Positions 61,826 through 64,000 of a stretch of 64,000 bases of DNA are shown here, in pieces; positions within the stretch are counted from its first letter, which is position 1; each line of letters starts with the position of its first letter. The notes under the pieces were generated by a model that was not told the origin of the DNA, ran no database searches, and saw nothing but the letters and a program-made list of their open reading frames with translations. Made by a program: the position numbers and the translations under genes. The stretch comes from Minisyncoccota bacterium. Lineage in GTDB: Bacteria; Patescibacteriota; Minisyncoccia; Phycocordibacterales; UBA6065. The stretch spans positions 69,067 through 133,066 of the forward strand of contig JBAZUA010000004.1 in assembly GCA_041661645.1 (NCBI GenBank), written 5' to 3'.

Positions 61826-64000
61826 ATGAAAAGATCTCTCTTGAAAACCTTTCTGTGTGCGAATCTGATTTTCGGATTGTCCTTCCTGCCTGCGATTTCG
61901 GCATTCGCCGCCGAGTCGAGCTCTACGAGTTACACGATCACCAACTCGGCTGTGGGATCGGGTCGCCAGATGGATTCGACGAGCTTCTCTCTGCAGGGGA
62001 CGTTCTCCCAGTCCGCCAATGTATCGTATTCAAGCGGCATGATCCCCCTGGCTGCCGGAACGATAACCTCCTGTGGCAAGATAACCTCCCCGGGAACCTA
62101 CTCCCTTAACTCGGACCTCGCCAACATCTCAGGCCCCTGTTTTTTCATTGTGTCCGACAACGTGACGATTGACGGTGGCGGGCATTCGATCACCGGTGTG
62201 TCGGGCAATATCGGATATGCCGTGGTCGCGACGTCCTCGGTCGCGAGCGGGGGCTCATCGTTCATAGGCATCGATATCCAGGACATCGTCTTTGCCAATT
62301 TCACTGGTGGCGTCAACGCGAACGGAAATGCGGGCATCGCCTCGGGCGGAAACGGCGGGCATGTCACGGTCGCGTCGTCGACCCTGGGTGCCATCACGGC
62401 AAATGGCGGGGCGGCGAGCTCCGGCACGGGCGGAGACGGTGGCTCCATATCGATAACGAGCACCGACAGCCTTGATTTTGTCGCCAATCCAATTTCCGTG
62501 ACCAGGGGTTCGGGATCGGTCAATGGCTCAACCGGAACGATTTCCGTCAACGGGCCCATTCTCATATCGGGCAGCGAGGTATGGACGGGGGATGACAGCT
62601 CTTGGACCGGCTCGCATCCATGGACCTTTACGGGGAATGCGTACAGTTCAGGCATCATTGGCGGCGATGCGACCTTTTCGGCATATACCGCGAGCTCGAG
62701 TGTCGTGACCGTGGATTCAAACTCTGATTTTCATGGCACGGGCAGGGTGAATGGCACGGTATTCGATTCTCTCGGGGCGCCCGTCACCACATGGAACCTG
62801 ACCAACGGATCTATTTTGACCGGTACCCTCTCGGACAATGTCATCTTTGACGGGCAATCGATCAACTCAGGAACGGTTCTCGCTGATTCCGTCTTTAATG
62901 ACTCCTCATATAACAGCGGCACTACGACCAATGCCGTCTTTACGGCCTCGTCCTTCAACTCGCTTGGTGGCATACCGAATGGCGATCCGACGGGAATATC
63001 GAATGGGCATGTGGTCTTGGGAACGATCACCTTCTCCGCGACGACATCACCCGTCAGCTTTACGATCAATTCCGGCTCGACCTGGGGCGTGAATACCTCC
63101 TCGTGGATATTCGATACGGCGGGGCAGAATTGGATTTTCAACTTCAGCACCAATACGGGCAGCATCGTGGGCGACGCATCCTTCAATAACAGCCACAACC
63201 TGGGTGTGGTGAGTGGCGTGAGCACCTTCCTCACGAATTCATACAATGCCGGTTCGACGGCCACATCCTCTTTCTACGGAAACTCCTACAATATCGGCGG
63301 TGTGGAGTACGCAAGCTTCCATGACTCGAGCACGAACAGCCATAGCCCTGATTCAGGTACGGTGAGCGTCAGGTGCGACTTCTTTGACTCCTCGCTTCCG
63401 GGAACCGGCACATGTCCACCAGGCGCGACCTTTTACCATATCCCATATTATTTCAATGGTTCGGTGAGCACCAACTGGGACGATCTTGGCAACTGGTTCT
63501 TTGATGCGACATCTACGCAGCCTGCGGCGACCCTTCCTCAGAGCGGCGACACGGTATTCATCGGGGCCTCTCTGACAAGCGGCCCGGGCTCGGCCATCAC
63601 CCTCGGCAGCGTCGTCGTGGCATCATCGACCACGGGCGGGGGGTCGTTCTCGGTCAATTTGACCAATATTTCGGCCCCAGCGTATTTCTACGCCTCGAGC
63701 ACGAACGTGGGTGCGGTGAACGGGACGTTCCACGTCTTCGGCGACAGGCCCTTCTCCCAGGTGAACACGAGCGGGACATTTACGGGGGTCGTCGCCTTTC
63801 ATGACGGGTCGTGGAACGACGTGACGATACCGGGCAATGTTTCCTTCTATGACACGAGCTATAACTCATCGAGCGGCATCGTGGGCGGCGACGCCGAATT
63901 CATCGGCAGCAACAGAAATGACGGCATCGTGGTCGGCGTCGCCACCATCTATTCCGGCGCGAGCGTCACGGGCAGTGGCACGGTTCAGGGAAACACCCTC
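61826..64000 (+). CDS. Third giant secreted protein, N-terminal 725 aa (runs off window; absent from the ORF track)
   Basis: Manual translation MKRSLLKTFLCANLIFGLSFLPAISAFAA...GTITSCGKITSPGTYSLNSDL..GPCF.IVSDNVTIDGGG; the window end is still in frame. Confidence 0.85.
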   Translation, partial: MKRSLLKTFLCANLIFGLSFLPAISAFAAESSSTSYTITNSAVGSGRQMDSTSFSLQGTFSQSANVSYSSGMIPLAAGTITSCGKITSPGTYSLNSDLANISGPCFFIVSDNVTIDGGGHSITGVSGNIGYAVVATSSVASGGSSFIGIDIQDIVFANFTGGVNANGNAGIASGGNGGHVTVASSTLGAITANGGAASSGTGGDGGSISITSTDSLDFVANPISVTRGSGSVNGSTGTISVNGPILISGSEVWTGDDSSWTGSHPWTFTGNAYSSGIIGGDATFSAYTASSSVVTVDSNSDFHGTGRVNGTVFDSLGAPVTTWNLTNGSILTGTLSDNVIFDGQSINSGTVLADSVFNDSSYNSGTTTNAVFTASSFNSLGGIPNGDPTGISNGHVVLGTITFSATTSPVSFTINSGSTWGVNTSSWIFDTAGQNWIFNFSTNTGSIVGDASFNNSHNLGVVSGVSTFLTNSYNAGSTATSSFYGNSYNIGGVEYASFHDSSTNSHSPDSGTVSVRCDFFDSSLPGTGTCPPGATFYHIPYYFNGSVSTNWDDLGNWFFDATSTQPAATLPQSGDTVFIGASLTSGPGSAITLGSVVVASSTTGGGSFSVNLTNISAPAYFYASSTNVGAVNGTFHVFGDRPFSQVNTSGTFTGVVAFHDGSWNDVTIPGNVSFYDTSYNSSSGIVGGDAEFIGSNRNDGIVVGVATIYSGASVTGSGTVQGNTL

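Overview
The window looks like a Patescibacteria/CPR (probably Parcubacteria) chromosome segment, judged from gene content, a secretin-less type IV pilus locus, few Shine-Dalgarno sites and tRNA-Ile(UAU). Housekeeping genes include smpB-ssrA, ftsH, recG, a mutY-like gene, ligA (frameshifted before its BRCT domain), gatCA and three tRNAs. A ~7.5 kb variable island follows tRNA-Ser(GCT). It holds a PIN(+HEPN-like)/PD-(D/E)XK/nucleotidyltransferase triad, then single-gene cassettes separated by ~163 bp repeats bracketed by inverted tRNA T-arm motifs; no integrase is in the window. Three giant secreted proteins (3417 aa, 2050 aa, and >725 aa running off the end) share modules, and two share a C-terminal domain. 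Those two flank two DUF5666-like genes just upstream of comF and the T4P operon. Also present are a DUF3800 gene with a convergent promoter-plus-hairpin candidate small RNA, and an nrdD-nrdG-iscS-iscU-FNR-like operon. All family calls come from motif recognition by eye; no database was searched.
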